Shown here: piece by piece, positions 39,401 to 48,072 of the stretch
How the letters are laid out: every line of letters starts with the position of its first letter
Numbering within the stretch: the stretch's first letter is position 1
From: an uncultured Chloroflexia bacterium
Lineage (GTDB): Bacteria; Chloroflexota; Limnocylindria; Limnocylindrales; CSP1-4
Reading direction: 5' to 3'
Assembly (NCBI GenBank): GCA_963766735.1
Contig: CAVYBU010000003.1
Span: forward strand, 224,001-288,000
Length of the DNA stretch: 64,000 nucleotides
Translations under genes and position numbers: made by a program
Notes under the pieces: generated by a model
The model's input: only the letters and a program-made list of their open reading frames with translations
Told to the model about the DNA's origin: nothing
The model's database searches: none

Positions 39401-39756
39401 TCCCCGAGTTCCAGAAGATCGTCGTGGCCAGCCCCACGACCGTGGTCTGGGGCGACTCCCTGGGTGAGGCGCTGACCGCTCTCCTCGTCGCCCAGGGCGC
39501 TATGGAGCCAGGCACGACGCCGGGTCCGGGCCCGACCGCCACCCCGGCCCCGAACGCCACCCCTGGTCCCACGCTGGCGCCCGACGGCGATCTGCCGACG
39601 GACGTCGAAGGACTGATCGCCTACGCGAGCACGCACTACGAGCTGGCCCAGGCGGCACTCACGAGGGGCGACCTCGCGGCCTACGAGGTCGAGATGGACA
39701 AGGTCGGCGTTGCCCTCCAGCGACTGCGGGAGATCACTGCGCCAGGAGCCGGCTAG
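36481..39756 (+). CDS. UPF0182 family membrane protein
   Basis: DPVFGRDIGFFLFELP, NARLWD, YTHG.G, PRIYFGE, NYIRNSVK, VIRGNL. Confidence 0.93.
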   Translation: MSNMFDDFLRELERRRSEAEGRTPGQTHDDDEAGAESDGEAEILDDAADGEVADDADARAGDDAGDDEPVPLRPRGQGAGGPPRGSGPGRPVGGPDDGAGSLTFGGIMRRMGVAAFIVVAAVVVLLVGFGVDLWTDAIWYKSVGFDGVFWTRIGAQALLFVGGLLFALVFLLANLWLAGRLIPPVDPERPGRLREMADRLTEAQRQSERGARMGGGQGGLGGPFGSGLRTGRSEGGTFSFEVDDIPDLTPLAAWAIGGFALLLALGIGGAISGAWDTLLLWVNRVPFSATEVVTDPVFGRDIGFFLFELPFFRLVQALLNGLLLAALAVAGARYIIAATRGGEVFVTRVRVHLAVIAGLYLLSVAFGYQLDKYELVYSQAGVATGVSYTDANARFMAYDVLTFLSGIAGALLIGAAFTRWVWPLGLVAGVWFAASLVLGTLYPEFVQRFSVDPNTYAQEERYIGNNIAMTRLAYGLNAWEARDYSGNQPLTEAAIRAESDTFTNARLWDYRPLESTLDQLQVVRQYYDFVDVDTDRYMVDDTLRQVMLSGRELAIEKNTEASSWVNARIIYTHGIGLAMVPVNEVTREGQPKLWVRDLPPISSDGAPEISQPRIYFGELDDHYVVVRARQSEFDYPRGSGEGSIDETTSWTGTTGVPMDSTLNRLLFALRFKDLDLLISDQLLAESQLLFHRTLSARLSRIAPFLLYDKDPYLVIDDAGNLVYVQDAYTFSNQFPNASGFSTGDLGSGSGLAGVNLNYIRNSVKITMNAYDGSLTFYVADPSDPMVRAWQGIFPTLFRPMADVPAEIIGHVRVPEEMFNVQTRMYGQYHVTQPLTFFNNTDRWTVPETQTNEQSLPSEAYYVVMRMPGEPTAEFLLLQPMIARSRPNMIAWVAARNDAPNYGTVRAYQFPSDTTIFGPAQIEARIDQDPIISAQVTLWNTSGSRVIRGNLIVVPVGDALLYLQPVYLQSTSSAFPEFQKIVVASPTTVVWGDSLGEALTALLVAQGAMEPGTTPGPGPTATPAPNATPGPTLAPDGDLPTDVEGLIAYASTHYELAQAALTRGDLAAYEVEMDKVGVALQRLREITAPGAG

Positions 39757-39761
39757 CAGCC

Positions 39762-40733
39762 GTGACGGCGGCCACGGCCGTGGAGCCGGACCCCGCAGGT
39801 CACGCCCGGACCCATCTGCCGTGGCGATCGGCCATGGCCGCAGCGTTCGTCGTCACGCTCGTGCGACCGGCTTCCTGGGCGCTCGGCTTGGCCGGGTTCC
39901 TGGCCGGGGGCGGGATCATCGTGTTCGCGTGGTCGATCGTGGTGTTGCCCACGCCCACCGGACTGCAGAACGCGCTCGGCACGCCAATGAGCAAGCTGGT
40001 GCTTGGAACCCCCTCGCCGGAGCTGATGGTGCTGATCGGTCTCGTGGTGGCGGGGGTCGTGGTGCTTGTTGCCTGCGGGCTCGTGGTGGGTGCGTGGGCA
40101 GAGCGCCAGGGAATCGAGGTGGCGCTGGAGTCGGCCGAGGACGAGGGCCTGGTCGCCTGGCGTCCGGACCTGCGGGGAGCGCCGGGCACCGTCCGGGTGG
40201 CGCTCGTCCGCCTCGCCTCTCTGGCGCCGGTCGCGATTGCCGCCGCCCTGGCCTGGCAGCCGTTGTACGACGTCACCTACCGGGAGCTGATTCTGCCGAC
40301 GGAGCTGGTGACACCCCTGCCGATCCGGGTGATCCGCGCGGTGCCCTGGCCGCTTGCTGGGGTCCTCGTCACCTGGTTCCTCAGCGACGCCGCGGCGGCT
40401 GCGGGCGTGCGCCGGCTCGTCATGGAGCGGAGGTCCACGGTGGTGGCCTGGGCCCTGGGCTGGGGAGACCTCGTGAGGCGCCCGTTCCGGGTCCTCGGCA
40501 CCGCTCTGGTGGGCATCGGCCTGCTGGTGCTCATGGTGGGGCCGTCCCTGCTGGCAGTGGTCGTTGGCTGGGCGCGTGTTCGGGACCTCGTGGTGACCGG
40601 GAGGGAGCCGGTCCTGGTGCTGGCAGCGGTCCTGGTCTGGGTGTCCATCTGGCTGGGCGGGCTGGTGCTGGCTGCCGTCGCCGCCGCGTTCCGAACCGCC
40701 GCCCCGACCCTTGAGGCGGCTCGTCGGTCCTGA
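39762..40733 (+). CDS. Hypothetical membrane protein
   Basis: Multiple TM segments; 5 nt after the UPF0182 stop. Confidence 0.7.
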   Translation: MTAATAVEPDPAGHARTHLPWRSAMAAAFVVTLVRPASWALGLAGFLAGGGIIVFAWSIVVLPTPTGLQNALGTPMSKLVLGTPSPELMVLIGLVVAGVVVLVACGLVVGAWAERQGIEVALESAEDEGLVAWRPDLRGAPGTVRVALVRLASLAPVAIAAALAWQPLYDVTYRELILPTELVTPLPIRVIRAVPWPLAGVLVTWFLSDAAAAAGVRRLVMERRSTVVAWALGWGDLVRRPFRVLGTALVGIGLLVLMVGPSLLAVVVGWARVRDLVVTGREPVLVLAAVLVWVSIWLGGLVLAAVAAAFRTAAPTLEAARRS

Positions 40734-40894
40734 TCGTCGACAATTGAGGCTGGCCGTCGGGCGGCTGCGTCACCTCCCGGCGAGCCGGCGCGTCCCCATC
40801 CCTGGCCCGGTCCTGCCGGGGTCCCCTGTTACACTGCCGCTCGCCGCGTGCCCGCGGGCCCGCTCAGCCCCGATGGGAGGCCTCACGCCACCAC

Positions 40895-41548
40895 ATGGAA
40901 GACATCTTCAAGACGATCACGGACGCGATCGGTGGCTTCTTCGAGAACCCCATCGTGCAGCTGTCGATCCAGATGGTTGCCGTGTACTTCGTCATCCTCT
41001 GGCTCGCCTCGGCCTACTGGGCGTTCCGCGACATGCAGCAGCGGAGCGAGAACCCGGTCCTGCCGTACGTCGCGTCGGCCCTGATCGTGCTGTTCACGCC
41101 GGTGTTCTTCGTGTTCGGGGTCATCGTCTACCGGATCGTGCGGCCGCACGAGAAGATCGGCGAGGTCTACGAGCGAAACCTGGCCGAGGAGGCGCTCCTG
41201 GCCGAGGTTGAGGCGATCCATACCTGCCCTGCCTGCCACCGGCTGATCAACGATGAGTGGATCATCTGTCCCGGCTGTCGGACCCGCCTCAGCCGCGTCT
41301 GCGCCAACTGTGGGCGCCTGGTCGGTCTCGACTGGTCGCTCTGCGCGTGGTGCGGCAAGGACTTCGAAAGGACGGACCTGGCCGCCTACGAGCCGATCTC
41401 GGGCGGGCTGGCGGACGTCGATCGGCTGGAGGCACCCACCAGGGCCGCGTCAACGACCCGCCCGTCGGCTCGTTCGGGATCTCCGCGGCGGGCACCGCGG
41501 TCGACGTCCCGGCAGCAGGGCGCCTCGGGCCAGACCTCGGAGCCTTGA
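40895..41548 (+). CDS. Membrane-anchored double zinc-ribbon protein
   Basis: Two TM helices followed by CPAC, CPGC, CANC, CAWC; GGAGG RBS. Confidence 0.85.
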   Translation: MEDIFKTITDAIGGFFENPIVQLSIQMVAVYFVILWLASAYWAFRDMQQRSENPVLPYVASALIVLFTPVFFVFGVIVYRIVRPHEKIGEVYERNLAEEALLAEVEAIHTCPACHRLINDEWIICPGCRTRLSRVCANCGRLVGLDWSLCAWCGKDFERTDLAAYEPISGGLADVDRLEAPTRAASTTRPSARSGSPRRAPRSTSRQQGASGQTSEP

Positions 41549-42630
41549 CGGATCCGTCCGACGCCGTCGCCCCCGGCGCCGGCGGCCGTGATGAAGCAGG
41601 CGACACCACACCCGAGCAAGGGGACACCGTCACACCTGCGCCGGGCGCCGCGCCGACAAGCGTCGCTCCGGACGGACCCGCGCCTGTCCGGCCGTCCACG
41701 TTCAGCCTCGAGGGACGCGCCGTCCCCGGCCTGTACCTCGTCGGCTGGGTCGCCTCGGTCATGGGCCTGGCCATCCTGCTCGCCTCGGTTCTTGGCTCCG
41801 GCTCGTCCGCGGCGCCGTGGGTGTTCCTCGCTGGCCTGCTCCTGCTCACGCTGGGCGTGTTCGCCGCGACGGGGGCGCAGGCCGTGGAGCGCGGCCGGCG
41901 CACGGACCTCGCCTACCGCGGTCCGTCGCCCGTGCTCGCGTTCATCCTGGTCATCCTGCTCACGCTCATCGGGATCCTCGTCGTCCTGGCGCCGTTGTCG
42001 GCGATTGGCCTCGATGCCCGTTCGCCGCTCGCCACCACCCTCTCGCTCGTCCTGACCACGCTCGTGTACGTGGGTGTCGTCCGGCTGCTCGTGGTTGGCC
42101 CGGGGGCTCTCGCCTGGCACGACATGGGGCTCGGGCGGCGCGCCCGGGACGCTGCGCGGGACCTCCTGGTGGGCGCGGCGTTCGCGCTCCCGATCCTGGT
42201 GATCACGCTCGTCCTGGGAGCGGTGCTGAGCCGATTCATCGAGCCGTCCCCGAGCCCGCTCCCGGAGGCCGGCAGCGTGCCGGGACTCATCCTCAACCTG
42301 CTCTCGGCCGCCGTGCTCGCGCCGATCGGCGAGGAGCTGTTCTTCCGCGGCTTCGTCACGACCGCCTGGGCGAAGGCGTACGGCGCCCGGTCGGCCATCA
42401 TCCGCGGCGCGATCTTCTTCGCGATCGCCCATGTCGTCACGCTGCTCGACTCATCGTTCGCGGAGGGTGCCCAGCGTGCGCTGTTCTCGTTCGTGGCGTT
42501 GCTGCCGGTGAGCATCGCGCTGGGATGGCTGTTCCTGCGCCGCGGCTCGCTGTACGCGGCAATCGGGCTGCACGGGACGTTCAACGGGATCCAGGCGGTG
42601 CTGCTGTTCCTTGCCGTCTCGGCGTCCTGA
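41545..42630 (+). CDS. CPBP family intramembrane glutamic endopeptidase (CAAX/Abi)
   Basis: APIGEELFFRG, FAIAH, HGTFN; TTGA overlap start inferred. Confidence 0.88.
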   Translation: MTDPSDAVAPGAGGRDEAGDTTPEQGDTVTPAPGAAPTSVAPDGPAPVRPSTFSLEGRAVPGLYLVGWVASVMGLAILLASVLGSGSSAAPWVFLAGLLLLTLGVFAATGAQAVERGRRTDLAYRGPSPVLAFILVILLTLIGILVVLAPLSAIGLDARSPLATTLSLVLTTLVYVGVVRLLVVGPGALAWHDMGLGRRARDAARDLLVGAAFALPILVITLVLGAVLSRFIEPSPSPLPEAGSVPGLILNLLSAAVLAPIGEELFFRGFVTTAWAKAYGARSAIIRGAIFFAIAHVVTLLDSSFAEGAQRALFSFVALLPVSIALGWLFLRRGSLYAAIGLHGTFNGIQAVLLFLAVSAS

Positions 42631-42731
42631 CGGCGCCCGCGCCGCCGCTGGCGCGCCCATTCCCGGGCAGCAAGTCCGGGGGAAGCCACAGGTGAGCCCT
42701 CGATAAGGGCGGCTGCGTAGTCTTCGTCGCG

Positions 42732-42789
42732 TTCCCGGGTCCGGACGGCGGGGGAAATCGGCGGGCTTCCGTCGTCCGGGCCCCGGGGA
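42732..42789 (+). other. ~20-bp imperfect hairpin in the radC leader
   Basis: TTCCCGGGTCCGGACGGCGG pairs with CCGTCGTCCGGGCCCCGGGGA; TAGTCT -10-like hexamer at 42718-42723. Confidence 0.5.
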
Positions 42790-42851
42790 CGCCACGCACA
42801 TGGCCCGCCCGCTCCACCGGTCACGCGTCCGCCGCCAGCAGCAGGTGGGAC

Positions 42852-43610
42852 ATGACCGAGGGCGATACCCCCGCCGCGGCAGCGCCGGAGCAGCGGCCGG
42901 CGACCCGATCCATGAGAGACCTCCCGGTCGCGGAGCGTCCCCGCGAGCGCCTCGCCCATCGCGGGCCCGGCGGCCTCTCGGCGACCGAGCTGATCGCCGT
43001 CGTCTGGGGCACAGGCGGCGGCGGCCGCAGCGCGATGGACCTGGCCGAGGAGGCCCTTGCCCGGCACGCCAGCGTGAGCGCACTGGCCCGTGCGAGCGAT
43101 GCGGAACTGGCGGCCATCCCGGGGATCGGCGCGGCGAAGGCGGCGCGGCTGTCCGCGGCCTTCGAGCTTGGACGCCGCTCCGTGGCGGACTGGCCGGCCG
43201 GGAGCTGGACGATTCGCTCGCCGCGCGATGTGGCCGACCGGCTGATGACCGAGATGGGCCGCCTGGAACGCGAGGAGCTGCGGGTCCTGAGCCTCAACGC
43301 GAAGAACGTCGTCCAGCGGGTGTCGACGGTGTACGTCGGGAACGTGTCCGCGTCCCTGGTGCGTGTGGGCGAGCTGTTCCGGGACGCGGTCCGGCTGGAC
43401 GCGAGCGGCGTCGTGCTCGTCCACAACCACCCATCGGGAGACCCGACGCCGAGCCCGGACGACCTCCATCTCACGGCCGAGGCCATCGCCGCCGGCCGGC
43501 TGCTGGACGTGGACGTGCTGGACCACGTGGTGATCGGGCACGATGCCTGGGTCTCGCTCCGGGACCGCGGCGTGACCTTCGACCGGCTGGGCCCCGTCCG
43601 GGCGGCGTAG
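42852..43610 (+). CDS. radC: RadC family JAB-domain protein
   Basis: ERPRERL, GIGAAKA, HNHPSGDPTPSPDD, LDHVVIG. Confidence 0.95.
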   Translation: MTEGDTPAAAAPEQRPATRSMRDLPVAERPRERLAHRGPGGLSATELIAVVWGTGGGGRSAMDLAEEALARHASVSALARASDAELAAIPGIGAAKAARLSAAFELGRRSVADWPAGSWTIRSPRDVADRLMTEMGRLEREELRVLSLNAKNVVQRVSTVYVGNVSASLVRVGELFRDAVRLDASGVVLVHNHPSGDPTPSPDDLHLTAEAIAAGRLLDVDVLDHVVIGHDAWVSLRDRGVTFDRLGPVRAA

Positions 43611-43614
43611 GGGG

Positions 43615-43754
43615 ACGGCGTAGGCAGTCGGGACCGTCACCCGTCGTGGTGTTCCGGCCGACATTCCGCTCCTGGGCGGGCACCACGCGTATCGGCACCT
43701 CGCTTCGGTCCGGGGTTCTTCCACGGCCGAACAGACTTGACCTCGACCCGCCGT
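43615..43754 (-). ncRNA. Putative structured ncRNA (6S/Ms1-like RNA-polymerase-binding RNA candidate)
   Basis: Intergenic; nested stems ACGGCG/CGCCGT and TGTTCGGCCG/CGGCCGGAACA; ends and strand are inferred. Confidence 0.5.
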
Positions 43755-43962
43755 TTGAGCATCGCCGCTCGATCACCCAGGCCGGTGTCCCGCCGAACCG
43801 AACGTCAGGCGCGCATGCGGGAGGTGCCGGGCAACGAGCAACGATGCAGCCTCGGCCGTGGCGGCCGTGAGACCGCGTCGATGGCGAGAAGATCCGATTG
43901 CGGGCTGATGTACGTCGCAGGGGATTTGGCAGTTCCTCGCCGGGACCACCTATATTTGCCGC

Positions 43963-45945
43963 GTGAGCACTGACATGTCACCCCTGGAGCCCGTCCCAGC
44001 AGCGGGCGGACCTCTCGAGCGAGCTCGTGCAGCGATGGCCCAGCAGGGCTGGTCGGATGCCATCGAGGGCTTCGCGGCCGCCGACGTCATGGAACCGCTC
44101 GCCGCCGGCGACCTCACCTCCTACGCTGACGCGATGTGGTGGACCGGCAGGCTCACCGATGCGATGACGCTCCGCGAGCGGGCGTTCGGCGCGCATACGG
44201 TCGCCGGCGACCCAAGCGCCGCAGCGCGGGTGGCCCTCCGGCTGGCGAGCGACCACGGTCACCGCCACGAGGGCCCCATTGCGACCGCCTGGATCAAGCG
44301 AGCGGAGAAGCTCCTGGCCGGGCTGCCGCCGGCCAACGTCCACGGCTGGCTGGAACGCACGCGGATCAATGCCGCGCTCCATCGTGGCGCAGTCGACGAC
44401 GCACTCGCTCATGCTGACCGCATCCTCGAGCTCGCCGAGCTTCTCGGAGACGCGGATCTCGAGGCTCTTGGGCTCCACGACCGTGGGCGCGTGCTCATCG
44501 TCATGGGTCGCGTGGACGAGGGGCTCGACCTCCTCGACGAGGCGGTCGTGGCGGCGGTCAGCGGTACGGTGAGTCCCTACCCCACGGCCACCGTCTACTG
44601 CAACGCGGTCATCGTGGCCGAGGACCTCTCTGACTACGGGCGCGCCCGGGAGTTCTCCGATGCGGCGCAGCGCTGGTGCGATCGCCAGGCGATCTCGGGG
44701 TTCCCGGGGATGTGTCGGGTGCGGAAGGTGGAGTTGATCCGTCTCCGCGGGGCCTGGGCGGAGGCGGAGAGCGAAGCTCGGAGGGCCTGCACGGAGCTCA
44801 TGGACTTCAGCCTCGAGTTCGCGGGCGAAGGCTTCTACCAGATCGGCGAGATCCGACTGCGAATGAGCGATCTCGAGGGTGCAGAGTCCGCCTTCGCCGA
44901 GGCGCATCGGCTCGGTCGCGAGCCACTCCCCGGGCTCGCTCGTCTCCGGGTCCACCAGGGTCGAGGGGAGGCGGCCGCGGGATTGATGGCACGCGCTCTC
45001 AGGGATCATGGCTTGACCCCATTGGCTCGCGCGCGATTGCTGCCGGCCGAGGTCGAGGCGGCGCTCGCGGTCGGTGATCTCGGACGCGCTGAGATGGCCG
45101 CTGCCGCGCTTGAGACCGCCGCCGATGCCTTTCGTACTGACATCATCCAGGCTGAGGCCGCGACAGCCCGAGGTCTGGTCGCCCTCGCGGCCGGCGAGAG
45201 CGACCGCGCGATCGAGAGCCTGCGACAGGCAACTCGGTTGTGGTACAGCGCCGAGGCGCCATACGAAACCGCTCGCGCGCGAACGCTGCTGGCCGAGGCA
45301 TACCTCGTCGCTGGCGAGGACGATGCGGCAGCCGGCGAGCTGGAGCCTGCGATTGCGGCGTTCACGTCTCTTGGAGCCGCCGCGGACATCATCCGGGCCG
45401 TGGCCCTCCGTGACGGGACCACCGAGGTGGGCCGTAGACACGGAGGTCACCGCCGGGAGCTCGCGACCTTCATGTTCACCGATATCGTGGGGTCCACCTC
45501 GCTCATCGACGCGGTCGGTGACGAGGCGTGGGGCCAGCTTCTTTCCTGGCACGACACAGGCATCAGGACGCTACTCCGCGAGCATCGAGGCCACGAAGTC
45601 CACCACGCGGGCGACGGCTTCTTCGCGACCTTCGAGACACCCGACGATGCACTCGCCTGTGCCCGTGCCATCCGACGTACGTTCCGCGACCATCGAGATC
45701 GCAACGGGTTCGCCCCATCGGTGCGGATCGGCGTCCATACAGGCGAGGCGCTTCGGACCGCGTCTGGCTTCGAAGGAGCCGAGGTTCACGCGGCGGCGAG
45801 AATCGGGGCCCTCGCGGGCGGCGAGGAGATCCTGGCCAGTCGAGTGACGATCGAGACAGCATCGATCGCCGGGCCGCATTCGACCTGGCGGTCCGTAACC
45901 CTCAAGGGCTTCAGTTCGCCGGTCGAGATCGCCGCGGTCGACTAG
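43963..45945 (+). CDS. TPR-repeat protein with C-terminal class III adenylate/guanylate cyclase domain
   Basis: TFMFTDIVGST, AGDGFFATF, VRIGVHTGE, VHAAARI; helical repeat N-terminus. Confidence 0.88.
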   Translation: MSTDMSPLEPVPAAGGPLERARAAMAQQGWSDAIEGFAAADVMEPLAAGDLTSYADAMWWTGRLTDAMTLRERAFGAHTVAGDPSAAARVALRLASDHGHRHEGPIATAWIKRAEKLLAGLPPANVHGWLERTRINAALHRGAVDDALAHADRILELAELLGDADLEALGLHDRGRVLIVMGRVDEGLDLLDEAVVAAVSGTVSPYPTATVYCNAVIVAEDLSDYGRAREFSDAAQRWCDRQAISGFPGMCRVRKVELIRLRGAWAEAESEARRACTELMDFSLEFAGEGFYQIGEIRLRMSDLEGAESAFAEAHRLGREPLPGLARLRVHQGRGEAAAGLMARALRDHGLTPLARARLLPAEVEAALAVGDLGRAEMAAAALETAADAFRTDIIQAEAATARGLVALAAGESDRAIESLRQATRLWYSAEAPYETARARTLLAEAYLVAGEDDAAAGELEPAIAAFTSLGAAADIIRAVALRDGTTEVGRRHGGHRRELATFMFTDIVGSTSLIDAVGDEAWGQLLSWHDTGIRTLLREHRGHEVHHAGDGFFATFETPDDALACARAIRRTFRDHRDRNGFAPSVRIGVHTGEALRTASGFEGAEVHAAARIGALAGGEEILASRVTIETASIAGPHSTWRSVTLKGFSSPVEIAAVD

Positions 45946-45991
45946 GTCGGAGCGGACCCCGAACGCCACGCTCGGCTCCGGGCCGCACGGG

Positions 45992-46411
45992 TCAACAAGC
46001 CTGCGGATCCAGCGCGCTGATGCGACTCGCCAGGACATCGAAGACGGCTGTTCGGACCGACGGCATCTCATCCATCAACGAGCGGAACTCCCGGTTTGAA
46101 AGCAGGAAGAGCCGCGTTGGTTCGAGCGCGGTGACGGTCGCGGTCCTCGGCATCTCGGCGAGGAGCGCGATCTCGCCGACCACGGCCCCCGAGCCACGCT
46201 CGGCAAGCGCCTTGCCATCACGTTCCACCGCCAGCTTGCCGCTGACGATGACGAACATCTCGGACCCGCGGTCGCCCTGCCGCATCAGGACGTGCCCTGT
46301 CGGGACATCGATCTCGTCGGCCAACTGGCCAAGGCGTTGGATCTCCTTCTTCCCAAGGCCCGAGAAGAGCGGGATCGAGCGAAGCAGGTCGAGCTTGGCG
46401 TCGGATGTCAT
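45992..46411 (-). CDS. Stand-alone cyclic-nucleotide-binding domain protein
   Basis: LRSIPLFS, RQGDRG..MFVIVSG, GEIALL..PRTATV. Confidence 0.92.
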   Translation of the reverse strand: MTSDAKLDLLRSIPLFSGLGKKEIQRLGQLADEIDVPTGHVLMRQGDRGSEMFVIVSGKLAVERDGKALAERGSGAVVGEIALLAEMPRTATVTALEPTRLFLLSNREFRSLMDEMPSVRTAVFDVLASRISALDPQAC

Positions 46412-46857
46412 CAATCCCTCACGTCGTACCGACGCGGGCCGCGCCGCATCTCCGGCGAGGATAACGTGCGCTGCAAGGGGTGGTCGGGTGGCTGAGGCGC
46501 GAGAGAGTGGGCCTCCGTGGTGGTTCGATACCCGTGCTTCCGCATGAGGGGAGCAAGACGCGGGCCGACGACATCCTCGCAGCGCTCGGGTCGTCGGATG
46601 AGGCGCCCGTCGAGCTCACGCAGGCGCGCAGCCTCCACGAACGCCTCCACCCACGAGCCCGGCATGTCGGGCCACAGGCGCCCTGCGATGAACCGGGCCC
46701 GACCGCCGTTGTCGGTGATGCCCGCGCCGTCGATCGCGGCCCACAGGCGCTGCGCCGTGACCCATCGCTCATACGCACTCCGGGCCGCCCGCGCCTCGGG
46801 GTCCTCGTGGACGATGCGCTCGAGCAGATCGCGCTCGCCGGGGGACTCAGCCGGCAC
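46411..46857 (-). CDS. Hypothetical protein (partner of the upstream nucleotidyltransferase)
   Basis: Overlaps both neighbours in an operon-like arrangement; GTG start inferred. Confidence 0.5.
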   Translation of the reverse strand: MPAESPGERDLLERIVHEDPEARAARSAYERWVTAQRLWAAIDGAGITDNGGRARFIAGRLWPDMPGSWVEAFVEAARLRELDGRLIRRPERCEDVVGPRLAPLMRKHGYRTTTEAHSLAPQPPDHPLQRTLSSPEMRRGPRRYDVRD

Positions 46858-47389
46858 GGGCCAGGACCTCGTCGAGCAACCGTGAGAGCCCCAGGGAGGC
46901 GGCGTGGACCTGGAGATAGACAAGATCGAGCATCAGGATCGCCTGCACGATCCTGATGCAGTCGCGGCCCTGGAGGCCGTCCAGGTTGCCATCCGTGAAC
47001 TCGAGCTTGGCGATCAGGAGATCCTCGGGTGTCGTGATCCAGACGCCGCCGAGTGCGGGATCCTCGATCCGGCGCCGCCGCGCGAACGCGCTCGTCCCCC
47101 AGTCGTCCGGCTCCCGCAGGATCAGGTCCGCCTTGCCGACCGCCTCGACATGGATGACGCTGCCGAGCCACTTGCCGGGGACACGGATCAGGTCGTTCAC
47201 GAGGTAGTCCGGCTCGAACAGCGGCCGGAGCCGGGACTCGTACCCGGCTGGATCGAGATCGGCCACGAGGTCGATGTCGTTCGTCGCCCGATAGGCCACC
47301 CCCAGCGCGGCGAGCGCCTCCGAACCGGTGACGAAGTAGTCGACTCCGGCAGCCTCGAGCCGTTCGATCACGTCCCGGCGCACGTCCAT
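46847..47389 (-). CDS. Pol-beta-like nucleotidyltransferase family protein
   Basis: YFVTGS…RATNDIDLV (GS, DxD), TPEDLLIAKL…RD. Confidence 0.75.
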   Translation of the reverse strand: MDVRRDVIERLEAAGVDYFVTGSEALAALGVAYRATNDIDLVADLDPAGYESRLRPLFEPDYLVNDLIRVPGKWLGSVIHVEAVGKADLILREPDDWGTSAFARRRRIEDPALGGVWITTPEDLLIAKLEFTDGNLDGLQGRDCIRIVQAILMLDLVYLQVHAASLGLSRLLDEVLARAG

Positions 47390-47459
47390 GGCTGGATTGT
47401 GCGTCGCCATGACCGATCACGTCGAGCGCGCGCCCCGACGAGACGCGCATCATGGTCCC

Positions 47460-48017
47460 GTGCGACTGCTTGAATTGGCCGACTCCGTCCTGATCGTCAT
47501 CGATGTGCAGCCGGGCTTCGGTCCGCCCGGGCCGGTCGTGGCGCGCATCGCCTGGTTGACGGGCGTGGCGGCGGCGCTTGGCGTTCCCGTCGTGGTCACG
47601 GAGGAGGATCCGGAGCGAAACGGCCCGACCGCGCCGGAGATCCTCGCCCGGGCCCCTGTCGGCACGACCGCCTTCGTGAAGCCGCTGTTCGGGCTCGCGG
47701 ACACGCCGGCGATCCTGGCTGCCGTCGAGGCGCTCGGCCGGCGGACCGCTGTCCTGGCCGGCTTCGAGACCGACGTGTGCGTGACGCATTCGGCCCTCGG
47801 CCTGCTCGACCGCGGCTACCGCGTGGCCGTGGTCACGGACGCGACCGGCTCGCCGGGCGATATGCACGAGCTGGGCCTGCGGCGGATCCGCGACGCCGGA
47901 GCGACGCTCGTCCATGCGAAGGGCGTGTACTACGAGTGGGTGCGGACGCTCGAAGCCGCGCGCGCGTTCGAGGCCGCGAACCCGGGCCTTGCCGACCCGC
48001 CGGGCTTCTCGCTGTAG
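47460..48017 (+). CDS. Isochorismatase/cysteine hydrolase family protein
   Basis: LIVIDVQ, VVVTE, K..FG, GFETDVCVTHS, DATGS; start uncertain (alternative 47409). Confidence 0.88.
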   Translation: MRLLELADSVLIVIDVQPGFGPPGPVVARIAWLTGVAAALGVPVVVTEEDPERNGPTAPEILARAPVGTTAFVKPLFGLADTPAILAAVEALGRRTAVLAGFETDVCVTHSALGLLDRGYRVAVVTDATGSPGDMHELGLRRIRDAGATLVHAKGVYYEWVRTLEAARAFEAANPGLADPPGFSL

Positions 48018-48026
48018 ACGCGGGCG

Positions 48027-48059
48027 CGCCGCGAGTCCGCCGCGAGCCCGCCGCGAGCC
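48027..48059. repeat. 3 x 11-bp tandem repeat CGCCGCGAGYC
   Basis: Read directly between two convergent genes. Confidence 0.7.
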
Positions 48060-48072
48060 GGACCGTCCGGCC

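Noticed and set aside
42690-42820. tmRNA candidate (minus-strand 'DEDYAAAL' tag-like peptide, plus-strand CTCCACC)
   Set aside because: No stop after the peptide, no T-arm or acceptor-stem signature, and the two features are on opposite strands
42852-43610. radC as a marker of an integrated mobile element
   Set aside because: It is the full-length chromosomal type with an N-terminal HhH region, and no integrase or att sites were seen nearby
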